Positions 1-9,239 of a stretch of 64,000 nt of DNA are shown one piece after another. Source of the stretch: Bryobacterales bacterium. GTDB taxonomy: Bacteria; Acidobacteriota; Terriglobia; Bryobacterales; UBA6623. How positions within the stretch are numbered: position 1 is the stretch's first letter; every line of letters starts with the position of its first letter. A program made the position numbers and the translations under genes. Under the pieces are notes generated by a model. It saw only the letters and a program-made list of their open reading frames with translations, was not told the origin of the DNA and ran no database searches. Where the stretch lies: NCBI GenBank assembly GCA_026713545.1, contig JAPOOG010000041.1, positions 2,931 to 66,930 on the forward strand, written 5' to 3'.

Positions 1-268
1 AAAGAAATGGATGCCGCTGGAACAAGCCGTCGTCAAGACCAGCGCTTTGGCTGCGAAACGCTTTCGGCTGCAAGGCCGGGGCACGGTCGAGGTTCGTAAT
101 TTCGCGGATCTCGTGGTCTTCGATGCCGGCAGCATCGGCTCGGCCTCCGGCTACGGCCAGGGTCCGCGCGATCCGGAAGGCGTTTGCCATGTCTTGGTCA
201 ACGGCCGTTTTGTCGTTCGAGATGGAAAGCTGACCGCTGAACTCCCGGGAAGGGCCATTCGTCATTGA
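1..268 (+). CDS. D-aminoacylase / N-acyl-D-amino-acid deacylase family amidohydrolase, C-terminal part (runs off the left edge)
   Basis: Frame is open to the window edge. The motifs LEQAVxKxSxLAAxRFxL-RG, ADLVVFD and V.VNG.FVVRDG..T..LPGR are typical of the amidohydrolase_3 C-terminus. Confidence 0.8.
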   Translation, partial: KKWMPLEQAVVKTSALAAKRFRLQGRGTVEVRNFADLVVFDAGSIGSASGYGQGPRDPEGVCHVLVNGRFVVRDGKLTAELPGRAIRH

Positions 269-355
269 GCATCCGCGTCGAGACTCACGGGCTGCTTACC
301 ACACGCCCCTGGGCGCGATTCCCGATCGGCAAGGAAACAAAGCGAGGAAAGTGGG

Positions 356-3286
356 ATGTCCCCTAAAAACGTACTGGCGCCTGGCAGATTGCTTCTTATC
401 CTGATCGTAGTGGGTGTTTGTGCGCCGGCTTTCATACCGGCGCGCCTCTATGCGGAATCGGAAACCCTTGTCTCGCATAGCCGCTACGAGGACTTTGCTC
501 AGGGAACACCGGGCAATTCCGGGGCCAATCTATACGTGTCGAAGAACGGACGCGTCCAAGTCGTCAATCAGTGGGACCTGAATCGCGATGGCCATGTGGA
601 CATCTTGATCAGCAACGACCATGACGTCTTCGAAACCGCTGACGCCTTCATCTACTGGGGGGACAAGCAAGGCGGCTACCGGTCGCTTCTTCCGGATCTC
701 TGGCGCAGCCGGCCGCTGGCTCAGGTCGTGTTCCGGCTTATGGGCGAACAGGATCACCTCACGCGTCTTCCAACCTCTGGAGGCGGGCGATCCATTGTCG
801 TTGATTTGAACCGTGATGGTTACCCGGAGGTTGTTTTCTGCAACTTCATTCACAACTATCCGGGCCTGCGTAACGCTTTTGTGTACTGGGGGTCGTCCAG
901 CGGCTATGACCCCTCGAAAAGAACTGAACTTCCTACGAACTGGGCCAGCGGAGTCGTCTCGTCCGATCTGAACGGCGACGGCTATCCGGAGTTGGTCTTC
1001 GCCAATCGCGGGGTCGAGCCCGGTTCCGAGAGGTTCACCCCTCAAGTCGAACCCGTGTCGTACATCTATTGGAACAGTGCCACTGGCTTCCGGTTCGAGA
1101 ACCGCACGAATGTCCCAACTCCTGTCGCTCGTGATGTTGCCGTCGGCCGTCTCGACCACGACAATTTCCCGGACCTTGCTTTCATCAGCGATGGCCCGGA
1201 TGGCGGCAAGATCAAGATCTTCTTCGGAAATGGTGACGCGGCCTACACCGATCGACAGAGCCTTTCCATCCCTGTGTCCGAACCCACCAGTATCGGCGCC
1301 TTCGATGTCAACCGAGACGGCTACGATGATCTGCTTGTTACGGGAGGGTCAGGCGACCAGACCATTGCGATCGGAGAAACCGGAGACCCGCCTGAAGATA
1401 CGAGCTCGGCAGTCTGGCTATATCCCGGATCGAAGACCGGTCCCGCACAAGCAAGCGCTGTGCGGTTGCCTTCTTACGAAGCCGCTGACGCCATTGCTGT
1501 CGATCTCGATGACGACGGCCATCAAGACATCGTGATCGCCAACAGCTCGCGCGGCAAGATGGCGGCTGTTGACTCTTTTATCTATTGGGGTTCGGAGCAA
1601 GGTTTTTCTTCCGACCGGCGCAGCGAGTTGCCCACACTGGGTGCGAAAGCGGTTGCGGCCGCGGATCTCAATGACGATTCATTCCCGGACCTTGTATTCG
1701 CCAACTCCAATGACGGCAAGACCTACGACGTTCCGTCGTATGTCTACTGGGGTAGCGCAACCGGGTATGCCGGCTACCTGAGATCTGAACTGCAGAGCTT
1801 CGGAGCCGTCAGCGTGAACCTCACCGATCTGAATCAGGACGGCGTCACCGAGATCCTGTTTGTCAATCAGTACAGCGGCAAAGTGAGCGGCCAAGTTGGG
1901 TCACACATATTCTGGGGCAACCCCCATCATCACTATTCGACAAGTTCAATGACCTCCCTTCCGACACGGGGAGCCTATGACACCACCGTGGCGGACCTGA
2001 ATGACGATGGCTTCAACGATGTCGTGTTCTCCAACTCTTACATCCCGCAGTCGTACGTCTACTGGGGAAGTGAGCAGGGGTTTTCCGAAGAAGACCGCCA
2101 GGAAATCGATCTGGATGACGGGGTCTACACGAGCAACGCCGCAGATCTGAATCAAGACGGATATCTCGATCTGGTTTTTATCGGCAGGGCGGGAAATCGT
2201 TCGCGGGCAACTCTGTTGTGGGGCGCCTCCGACGGGTTCTCTCGAAACAACAGCACGCGCCTTTCGATTGAAGAGGAACGCAGCCTCGGCAACGTTGTGG
2301 CGGACCTGAATCGCGATGGATACCTCGATCTGGTCTTCTCCGGCGACTACTTCGGGACAATCACGATCTTCTGGGGAAGTTCGAGCGGTTACTCGGAGCA
2401 GAAGCGCTGGTCCCGCTTCGTCTCCGCCGGAAGCGTAAAGCTTGCCGACCTCAATCGCGATGGGCTGTTGGACTTCGTCGTATCCGGTTCCTTCGATCCG
2501 GGAAGGAAGTCACGCAACGCGCAGACACGCATCTATTGGGGTACGGCGGAAGGCACTCCCTCCGAGCAGCCTGCGTTCGAACTGGAAGCATATCAGTCGC
2601 TCGAGTGCGGAATCGCTGACCTGAACCGGGATGGAAATCTCGATTTGGCGCTTTCCAACTACATGTCCGAGACTACTCGATCTCTGCCCCTTTTCATCTA
2701 CTGGGGTGACGACATCGCTTCGTTCAGCAACCGGCGGCGCACTGAACTGCCGGCTGACTCGTCCGCGGGCATTCAGACTATCGATTTGAACCGCGACGGC
2801 TACCGTGAGATCGTCATTCACAATCACCTGAGGGATGCGAATCACTCGATCCATAGCGCCATTTACTGGAATGGTCCGGATGGGTTCAGCAGGCAACACC
2901 GAACCATGCTGCCGACCTTCGGCCCCCACTTTTCGCAGGCCGTGGACCCCGGAAACCTGTATACGCGAGAGCTCGAGGAAGAGTATGTCTCTCCCGCCGT
3001 CGAGATTCCGGCCGGGAAAACGCCGGCCGAATTGCGTTGGCGTTCCCATGAACCGCATGGGGCCCTATTGCGCTTCCAAGTTCGAATGGCTGCATCGCGG
3101 GAGGCTCTCCAAAACACATCCTGGGGCGGTCCCCAAGGAAGCAATTCGTACTTCGAAACCTCGGGTGCGGATCTGCCATTGCAGGAGGCCGGGCGCTTGC
3201 TTCAATATCGCGCCGTCTTTCAGTCGCCGGACGGAGGCGCGTGGCCGATCCTTGACGAAGTCGGCATCGTATTCAGGACATATTAG
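356..3286 (+). CDS. Secreted FG-GAP/VCBS repeat protein (976 aa, about 14 repeats, probably a double beta-propeller)
   Basis: N-terminal signal peptide, then about 14 D-L-N-x-D-G-x-x-D/E Ca-binding loops, most followed by an IYWG-like strand. Confidence 0.85.
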   Translation: MSPKNVLAPGRLLLILIVVGVCAPAFIPARLYAESETLVSHSRYEDFAQGTPGNSGANLYVSKNGRVQVVNQWDLNRDGHVDILISNDHDVFETADAFIYWGDKQGGYRSLLPDLWRSRPLAQVVFRLMGEQDHLTRLPTSGGGRSIVVDLNRDGYPEVVFCNFIHNYPGLRNAFVYWGSSSGYDPSKRTELPTNWASGVVSSDLNGDGYPELVFANRGVEPGSERFTPQVEPVSYIYWNSATGFRFENRTNVPTPVARDVAVGRLDHDNFPDLAFISDGPDGGKIKIFFGNGDAAYTDRQSLSIPVSEPTSIGAFDVNRDGYDDLLVTGGSGDQTIAIGETGDPPEDTSSAVWLYPGSKTGPAQASAVRLPSYEAADAIAVDLDDDGHQDIVIANSSRGKMAAVDSFIYWGSEQGFSSDRRSELPTLGAKAVAAADLNDDSFPDLVFANSNDGKTYDVPSYVYWGSATGYAGYLRSELQSFGAVSVNLTDLNQDGVTEILFVNQYSGKVSGQVGSHIFWGNPHHHYSTSSMTSLPTRGAYDTTVADLNDDGFNDVVFSNSYIPQSYVYWGSEQGFSEEDRQEIDLDDGVYTSNAADLNQDGYLDLVFIGRAGNRSRATLLWGASDGFSRNNSTRLSIEEERSLGNVVADLNRDGYLDLVFSGDYFGTITIFWGSSSGYSEQKRWSRFVSAGSVKLADLNRDGLLDFVVSGSFDPGRKSRNAQTRIYWGTAEGTPSEQPAFELEAYQSLECGIADLNRDGNLDLALSNYMSETTRSLPLFIYWGDDIASFSNRRRTELPADSSAGIQTIDLNRDGYREIVIHNHLRDANHSIHSAIYWNGPDGFSRQHRTMLPTFGPHFSQAVDPGNLYTRELEEEYVSPAVEIPAGKTPAELRWRSHEPHGALLRFQVRMAASREALQNTSWGGPQGSNSYFETSGADLPLQEAGRLLQYRAVFQSPDGGAWPILDEVGIVFRTY

Positions 3287-3315
3287 TGGTGAGTGAAGAG
3301 TGGTTAGTGGATAGT
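3285..3315. repeat. Short tandem heptamer repeat (AGTGGTG AGTGAAG AGTGGTT AGTGGAT AGT)
   Basis: Exact 7-bp period read directly, starting at the stop codon of the FG-GAP gene. Confidence 0.6.
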
Positions 3316-3416
3316 TTGAACAATCGAGCTGCGTCTTATGAAATCTTTAGGGAATTACAAGGGAGTTACAAAGATAGATTGACAATTGATGGTTTTTAGG
3401 GCACGATCGATCCCTG

Positions 3417-3687
3417 GCAGCCCGTGGTAAAAGTCCCGTGGAAGGCGCGGCGGGCTCCTGCGGTCGCTCGGCGCGGAGTGAGGAGGATGGCGATCCGGGT
3501 GATCTCCTCCGACGAACGACAAAGCCGACGACCGCAAACGTCCGTCGCCCAAAGGGTCACGCGCCGCTTCCGGCCGACGACGAAAAAAGGCCCAGAGGGT
3601 GCAGCGCGGTGTTCCTCGAACGACCAGGCGTTACTTCGTCGGCCCCCGGCGCGTAACGCCGCCCGCGTGACTTTCACCACGGGCTGC
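3417..3687. mobile_element. MITE, family 1 long form (271 bp)
   Basis: Terminal inverted repeats GCAGCCCGTGGTAAAAGTC (3417-3435) and GACTTTCACCACGGGCTGC (3669-3687) match at 18/19. No transposase ORF inside. Confidence 0.8.
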
Positions 3688-3688
3688 T

Positions 3689-4000
3689 TTGAACCAACTA
3701 CCTCGTGTGTGCAAGATTCAGACGGTTGTCGTGGAGAGGGCTGACTACGAATCCCAGTTCCAAATATCGCTACGATACTCCGACGATCAGGATGAGTGGC
3801 ATGAGGCTCAAATGGATGTGTCTGATGCAATCTGCCTTCACTGGTTGACGTTTTTTGCCCTTCAAAAAGTAGACCTGCACGCCGAAAAGCAGCAAAGGCA
3901 GCACATAACCGAGAGGCTCTGTCGCGTGTATCCGGTAAATGGACTCGAAATGGCCGAGGCCCTGAAAGATATTCTGAGGATACTTGGAACAGAAACATGA
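3689..4000 (+). CDS. Hypothetical protein (103 aa), possibly 5'-truncated by the adjacent MITE
   Basis: ORF with lower GC and protein-like composition. It starts at a TTG just after the MITE end. No recognisable motif. Confidence 0.35.
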   Translation: MNQLPRVCKIQTVVVERADYESQFQISLRYSDDQDEWHEAQMDVSDAICLHWLTFFALQKVDLHAEKQQRQHITERLCRVYPVNGLEMAEALKDILRILGTET

Positions 4001-4060
4001 GACCATCATCGCTTTCTTTGTGGAACATTTTCTCCTAAGCCCGTTTGTCAATCTATCTTT

Positions 4061-4273
4061 GTAATTCCCAAATCAATAGAGTTGATGGTGAGGATTTATG
4101 CGCTTACGCGGCGCTTTCCCGCCCAGGAGAGATATGGGATTACTTCACAAATGCGTCGGGCCGCGTCCTCGATTCCGGCGAACGCCTCGGAAGGGCAAGC
4201 AAGGCGTTCGACAAGGGAATTCCTTCAGGCGTCGACGTCTTCAACTCGATTGACACCCTTCGCGACCGGCTGA
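4061..4273 (+). pseudogene. Four-helix-bundle protein (TIGR02436 / 23S rRNA IVP-like), truncated
   Basis: KSIELMVRIYALTRRFPAQERYGITSQMRRAASSIPANASEGQARRSTREFLQ matches the N-terminal half of the family. The sequence then diverges and stops, so the C-terminal ARGSLxELETQL half is missing. Confidence 0.75.
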
Positions 4274-4287
4274 AATGATGAGACTGC

Positions 4288-5211
4288 GTGGCGTCTCCCT
4301 CGAACATGGTATCCGTCGGGCTGATCCAGCATTCGTGTTCCCGGGATCGCGATGCCAACCTGACTCGGGCTCTCGAAGGCATTCGCGAAGCGGCAGATCG
4401 TGGAGCACGGATTGTCTGCCTCCAGGAACTCTTTCGCTGCCTGTACTTCTGCCAGGAAGAGAATGCCGACTGGTTTGATCTGGCGGAACCGATTCCTGGT
4501 CCAACCACGGATCGGTTGTCGGAAACAGCACGTGAGCACGAAGTCGTTGTGATCGGGCCTGTGTTCGAAAGGCGAGCCGCGGGCCTCTATCACAACTCGG
4601 CGGTAGTGATCGACGCAGACGGTTCGCTGTCGGGCGCCTACCGCAAGATGCACGTCCCCGACGATCCGCTTTACCACGAGAAGTTCTATTTCACCCCCGG
4701 GGACCTCGGCTTTCGAACGTTCGCAACCCGCTACGCGAACATCGGCGTGCTGATCTGCTGGGACCAGTGGTATCCGGAGGCGGCCCGTCTGACGGTGCTC
4801 AAGGGAGCAGAAATTCTCTTCTTCCCGACGGCTATCGGATGGCATCCATCTGAGAAAGAGGAAGCAGGCGAACAACAGCTCGATGCCTGGCGCACCATCC
4901 AGCGAAGCCATGCCATTGCCAACGGCGTCTTCGTGGCGGCGCCGAACCGCGTCGGGCATGAAACGCCACTGGCAGGTTCGCCGCGCCGCCCGGCCGACTA
5001 TCAAGGCATCGAGTTCTGGGGAGGGTCGTTCGTCTGCGACCCTTCCGGGGTCGTCCTGGCCGAAGCTCCTCACGATCGGGAGGCCGTTCTGGTTGCCGAG
5101 ATTGATCTCAGCCGCGTCGACGACACGCGCAGAAACTGGCCCTTCCTGCGGGACCGCCGCGTCGATGCCTACGAAGGACTTCAGTCCCGCTATCTGGGCT
5201 GCGGGCAGTAA
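4288..5211 (+). CDS. aguB: Carbon-nitrogen hydrolase, N-carbamoylputrescine amidase
   Basis: Nitrilase E-K-C triad (LQELF, YRKMHVP, ICWDQW) and the HEKFYFTPGD motif. Lies next to agmatine deiminase. Confidence 0.85.
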   Translation: MASPSNMVSVGLIQHSCSRDRDANLTRALEGIREAADRGARIVCLQELFRCLYFCQEENADWFDLAEPIPGPTTDRLSETAREHEVVVIGPVFERRAAGLYHNSAVVIDADGSLSGAYRKMHVPDDPLYHEKFYFTPGDLGFRTFATRYANIGVLICWDQWYPEAARLTVLKGAEILFFPTAIGWHPSEKEEAGEQQLDAWRTIQRSHAIANGVFVAAPNRVGHETPLAGSPRRPADYQGIEFWGGSFVCDPSGVVLAEAPHDREAVLVAEIDLSRVDDTRRNWPFLRDRRVDAYEGLQSRYLGCGQ

Positions 5212-5215
5212 GGGC

Positions 5216-6328
5216 ATGGGAAGCGGCCCTGTGCCCCACACGCAAGGGTTTCGCATGCCTGCCGAGTGGGAGCCTCACGAGGCGACCTGGCTTGCGTGGC
5301 CTCACAACCGCGACGACTGGCCGGGTAAGATTGCGGCGATCTACTGGGTCTACGCCGAGATCATCCGGCACATTCACCAATGTGAGGTGATCCGGGTGAT
5401 CGTCCCGGACAGCTCCCGGGAAAAACAAGCGCGCCGTGTCTTGCAGCGGGTGGGCATTGAGAACTTTTCACAGATCGAGTTCCACCGACTCCCGACCGAT
5501 CGCTCCTGGGTGCGTGACAGCGGCCCGCTCTTTGTCGTGAACAAGGAGGAAGTCGCGGCCACATGCTGGCGTTTCTCGGCATGGGCCCGATATCCGAACT
5601 GGAGGAAAGATGATGCCGTAGCTGAGAAGATCGCTCGTCGATGCGGCGTGGAGGTCTGGCGGCCGAAGTACGGCGCCCGCCGGATCGTTCTCGAAGGAGG
5701 CGCGGTTGACGTGAACGGCTGCGGCACAGTCCTCACGACCGAGGAGTGTCTGTTGGGCGAGCAACAGCAACGCAATCCCGGCATGACACGCGAAGACTAC
5801 GAACAGGCCTTTCGCGATTACCTCGGAATCCGGCAGGTTCTGTGGCTGGGACGAGGCATTGCGGGGGATGACACCAGCGGCCACATCGACGATCTCGCAC
5901 GGTTCGTGGCCCCGGGAACCGTCATCACTGTCGTGGAAACCGATTCACGGGACGCCAACTACAAGCTGCTCCGAGACAACTTGAAGCGCCTCAAAACGAT
6001 GCGCGATCAAGATGGCCATCCGTTGGAGATTGTCGAGTTGCCGATGCCCAGGCCGCTGACGTTCGACGGCTGCCGCCTGCCGGCCAGCTATGCGAATTTC
6101 TACATCGCCAACGGGCTTGTGCTTGTCCCGACTTTCAATGACCCGAATGACCGCATCGCGCTCGATATCCTGGCCCGCCTGTTCCCCCGTCGCGAAGTCA
6201 TCGGCATCCACAGCATCGACTTCGCCTGGGGCTTCGGAACACTGCATTGCAGCACTCAGCAGCAGCCCGCCGTCGGAACACGAGAGACCGCGAAGCAAGG
6301 CGGATCCGCCAAAGAGAAAAAGACTTGA
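5216..6328 (+). CDS. aguA: Agmatine deiminase
   Basis: Motifs RMPAEWEPHEATWLAWP, WVRDSGP, LEGGAVDVNG, DDTSGHIDD and GTLHCSTQQQP (catalytic Cys). Start moved to ATG 5216 (alternative 5255); the track start at 4883 overlaps aguB. Confidence 0.92.
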   Translation: MGSGPVPHTQGFRMPAEWEPHEATWLAWPHNRDDWPGKIAAIYWVYAEIIRHIHQCEVIRVIVPDSSREKQARRVLQRVGIENFSQIEFHRLPTDRSWVRDSGPLFVVNKEEVAATCWRFSAWARYPNWRKDDAVAEKIARRCGVEVWRPKYGARRIVLEGGAVDVNGCGTVLTTEECLLGEQQQRNPGMTREDYEQAFRDYLGIRQVLWLGRGIAGDDTSGHIDDLARFVAPGTVITVVETDSRDANYKLLRDNLKRLKTMRDQDGHPLEIVELPMPRPLTFDGCRLPASYANFYIANGLVLVPTFNDPNDRIALDILARLFPRREVIGIHSIDFAWGFGTLHCSTQQQPAVGTRETAKQGGSAKEKKT

Positions 6329-6337
6329 TCGGTTATA

Positions 6338-7249
6338 ATGACCACTCTGATGGCCGCTGTGACGAGGGTGCGAGTCCCGGCATCGAGCGCCAATCTGGGA
6401 TCGGGATTCGACACGCTCGGTCTGGCTCTCAATCTCTATCTCGAGTGCTCCTTCGAGCCTTCGGATTCACTTGCGATCACAGCCAGCGGCCGCGACATCG
6501 ACTCGATTCCCATCGATGAAACGAATCTGATCTGGCGAACGGCCGTGGCGGTTGCCAAGTCGCAGCATCGCAAGATGCCGGCGATTCGACTGGATCTCCG
6601 CAACGAAATCCCAATCGGCAAGGGGCTCGGCTCGAGCGCAAGTGCTCTAGTCGCGGGTGTGGCCATCGCCGCCCACGCATTGCATCTCGATTGGGATCAC
6701 CACCGCATCCTCGATGAAGCCGCGCGGCTTGAGGGCCATCCCGACAACGTGGCGGCGGCTGTCCTGGGCTCGGCGGTCACGGCCGCGATCGACGCGGACG
6801 GCGTCACTCGGGCGGTGCGTCTCGAAATGCCGCCAACTTTTCGAGTAGCCGTTGTTTGTCCGGGCTTTGTGCTCTCGACGGACCGAATGCGGTCGGTGCT
6901 GCCCGACTGCTATTCACGCGAGGACACGGTTTTCAATCTGCAGCGAGCGACGCTGCTGGTTGCCGGTCTCGCTACGGGGAACCACGAGGCCTTCCCCGAG
7001 GCTTTCAATGACAGGCTGCATCAACCCCACCGCATGGCGAACGTCCCGGGCATGGAACAGATCTTGAAGCTGCGAGCTCCCGGCCTGCTGGGGTGCGCCT
7101 TAAGCGGCTCAGGACCGTCGATTCTGGTGTTCTACGAAGAGAATTCCGAAAGCGTGCTCGAGTTGGTCCGTGTCGAGTTCGGGCGCTCCGGCCAATCGAG
7201 TGAAGTCGTTGCGCACGGCATTGACGAGGAGGGATTGCAAATCACATGA
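6338..7249 (+). CDS. thrB: Homoserine kinase
   Basis: Motifs VRVPASSANLGSGFD, IPIGKGLGSSAS (GHMP kinase), EGHPDN and SGSGP. Confidence 0.93.
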   Translation: MTTLMAAVTRVRVPASSANLGSGFDTLGLALNLYLECSFEPSDSLAITASGRDIDSIPIDETNLIWRTAVAVAKSQHRKMPAIRLDLRNEIPIGKGLGSSASALVAGVAIAAHALHLDWDHHRILDEAARLEGHPDNVAAAVLGSAVTAAIDADGVTRAVRLEMPPTFRVAVVCPGFVLSTDRMRSVLPDCYSREDTVFNLQRATLLVAGLATGNHEAFPEAFNDRLHQPHRMANVPGMEQILKLRAPGLLGCALSGSGPSILVFYEENSESVLELVRVEFGRSGQSSEVVAHGIDEEGLQIT

Positions 7250-8163
7250 AGCAATCACGAAAGTGGCTCGAGAACAATGGCTGGCCGGGCGAAGACCCGC
7301 GAGACTGTCCTTCTTCGGCGAAACGCTTCGACGACGGAGCGCAGTACCGGATCGAGATCCCGAGCACGGAAGGGCCGCGGTCCTTGCGAGCGGTTTTGGA
7401 CGAGGCATCGAAACGGTCAGTGCAGGTTCACCGGATCAGCCAGGGTAGCGGTGTGATGCTGCAGACTGATGATGAGATCCTCGAGATGGTGGAGATCGGT
7501 CGGACGAACGACATCGAGGTCAACTTGTTCATCGGTCCCCGCGCGACTTTCGATATCGGAGCGCAGGTCAAGGCGGATGCGGGCAAGCCCATCGGACTGA
7601 GTTTGAGAGGCTCCGATCAGCTTGTGTTTGCTCTGGAGGACGTCCGCCGAGCCATTGCATTGGGTGTCAACAGCATCCTGGTGTCGGATATCGGGCTGCT
7701 GGCCGTCATGGGAAAGCTGAAGAGAACGGGTGACCTTCCTCCCGGCTTGATTATCAAGACATCGGTGATGATGGCGCCGACCAACGCGGTGTCGGCGCAG
7801 GTTCTCGAAGATCTCGGCGCGACGACTATCAATGTGCCTTCGGATCTGACCCTCCCGCAACTGGCCTCGATTCGCGCTGCGATCGACGCGCCCATTGACC
7901 TCTATGTCGAAGCGCCCGACAACATCGGCGGTTTCATCCGGCACTACGAAGTGCCCGAGTTCATTCGAGTCGGGGCTCCGCTCTACGTGAAACTGGGGCT
8001 GCGCAACGCCCCGGATATCTATCCCAGCGGCTCTCATATCGAGGATCTGGTGGAAAGGCTTTCCCGCGAACGCGTGCGCCGGGCTGAAATGGTTTGCGGG
8101 ATGATCAAACGATATGCGCCCGAGGCGGTGATGTCGCAGCGCTCGGTTGTTGCGATGCGCTAG
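7246..8163 (+). CDS. U32-peptidase-like (TIM-barrel) protein of unknown function
   Basis: RFxDGAQYRIEIPSxEGP / RISQGSG pattern, which I recognise from proteins annotated as U32 family. ATGA overlap with thrB. Confidence 0.55.
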   Translation: MKQSRKWLENNGWPGEDPRDCPSSAKRFDDGAQYRIEIPSTEGPRSLRAVLDEASKRSVQVHRISQGSGVMLQTDDEILEMVEIGRTNDIEVNLFIGPRATFDIGAQVKADAGKPIGLSLRGSDQLVFALEDVRRAIALGVNSILVSDIGLLAVMGKLKRTGDLPPGLIIKTSVMMAPTNAVSAQVLEDLGATTINVPSDLTLPQLASIRAAIDAPIDLYVEAPDNIGGFIRHYEVPEFIRVGAPLYVKLGLRNAPDIYPSGSHIEDLVERLSRERVRRAEMVCGMIKRYAPEAVMSQRSVVAMR

Positions 8164-8322
8164 CAGTCAGTGGTAAAACCCCGCGTAGCACTGAGAGCGG
8201 TGAGGCGCCCGGCTGACAAGGCGCGACGAGGGAGCATATTGGGCATATGTGACCGAGGAGCAACGCAGTTCCGTCGGGATTCATCGCCGCTTGAATCCAG
8301 CGGGGCTTTTGCCACGGGCTGC
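8163..8322. mobile_element. MITE, family 1 short form, copy 1
   Basis: Imperfect TIRs (GCAGTCAGTGGTAAAACCCC / GGGGCTTTTGCCACGGGCTGC). The interior is strongly similar to 29628-29790 and 40482-40666. Confidence 0.8.
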
Positions 8323-8366
8323 AAGGAATGGCATAGCTGGGCAGCATTTTGAATGGAGATCGATCG

Positions 8367-8936
8367 ATGAAACGACGTACGGTGATCCAGAGTCTGGCCG
8401 CGTCAGCCGCTGCTCCGTCGGCCGCGGCCTCGACCGGTTGGTCTAACAGCTTTGCGAAGCAACTCTGCGACGACATGCTGAGCCACTGGCGCAGCACGAA
8501 GGAATACTCGCTCGAAGTGTTGGAGGCCATGCCGCCCGAGCATTTCGATTTTCGTCCGGTTGAAGAACAGATGACTTTCGCGGAGCAGTTGACCCATTTC
8601 TCCAGCTCAAACGCAGGATACTTCTCCGGCTTCGGCAAAGATGTTGCCGGGCCGCGGCCCCGGCGGCCGGAGATGCTTACCAAGGACACGGTGCGGACTT
8701 TCTCGCAAACGACGTTCGCCTATGTGGAAACGATCCTCAGCAATCTGACGGAGGCGGATTTTTTTCGCCGGGACATCCAGTTCAGCTCCCGGGCCGGCCC
8801 GCACACCGCACAGGACATCTTTTTCCGAGCCTACATGCACACCGCTCACCACCGCGGAACGATCATTGCCTACCTTCGGTTGAAGGGCATCACTCCGCCT
8901 CGCTGGCGCTTCCCTCCGAACGGCGGCAAGGTGTAG
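8367..8936 (+). CDS. DinB family protein with an N-terminal signal
   Basis: EAMPxEHFDFRP, MTFAEQLTH and HTAHHRG metal-binding His motifs. GGAG RBS before ATG 8367. Confidence 0.8.
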   Translation: MKRRTVIQSLAASAAAPSAAASTGWSNSFAKQLCDDMLSHWRSTKEYSLEVLEAMPPEHFDFRPVEEQMTFAEQLTHFSSSNAGYFSGFGKDVAGPRPRRPEMLTKDTVRTFSQTTFAYVETILSNLTEADFFRRDIQFSSRAGPHTAQDIFFRAYMHTAHHRGTIIAYLRLKGITPPRWRFPPNGGKV

Positions 8937-8966
8937 GGTTCACCGCTCACCTAAAATGGATTCGAT

Positions 8967-9239
8967 ATGGTGACCAAGCGAGCGGCTTCGGAGAGTGACG
9001 ACCAGCAACCTTCTTTCGAGGAGGGTCTGACGGAACTCGAAAAGATCGTCGAGCAGTTGGAGCACGGCGAACTGCCGCTTGAGAAATCACTCGAACTCTT
9101 CGAAAAGGGTGTGCAACTCAGCGACACTTGTCGCAAGCAATTGCAGGAAGCGGAATCGAAGGTCGAGATTCTGCTCAAGAAAGAAGGCCGCATTAAAGCC
9201 GAGCCGTTCACTCTGAACGACGGTGATCCCCAAGAGTGA
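8967..9239 (+). CDS. xseB: Exodeoxyribonuclease VII small subunit
   Basis: SFEEGLTELEKIVEQLEHGELPLEKSLELFEKGVQL; canonical position upstream of ispA. Confidence 0.93.
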   Translation: MVTKRAASESDDQQPSFEEGLTELEKIVEQLEHGELPLEKSLELFEKGVQLSDTCRKQLQEAESKVEILLKKEGRIKAEPFTLNDGDPQE

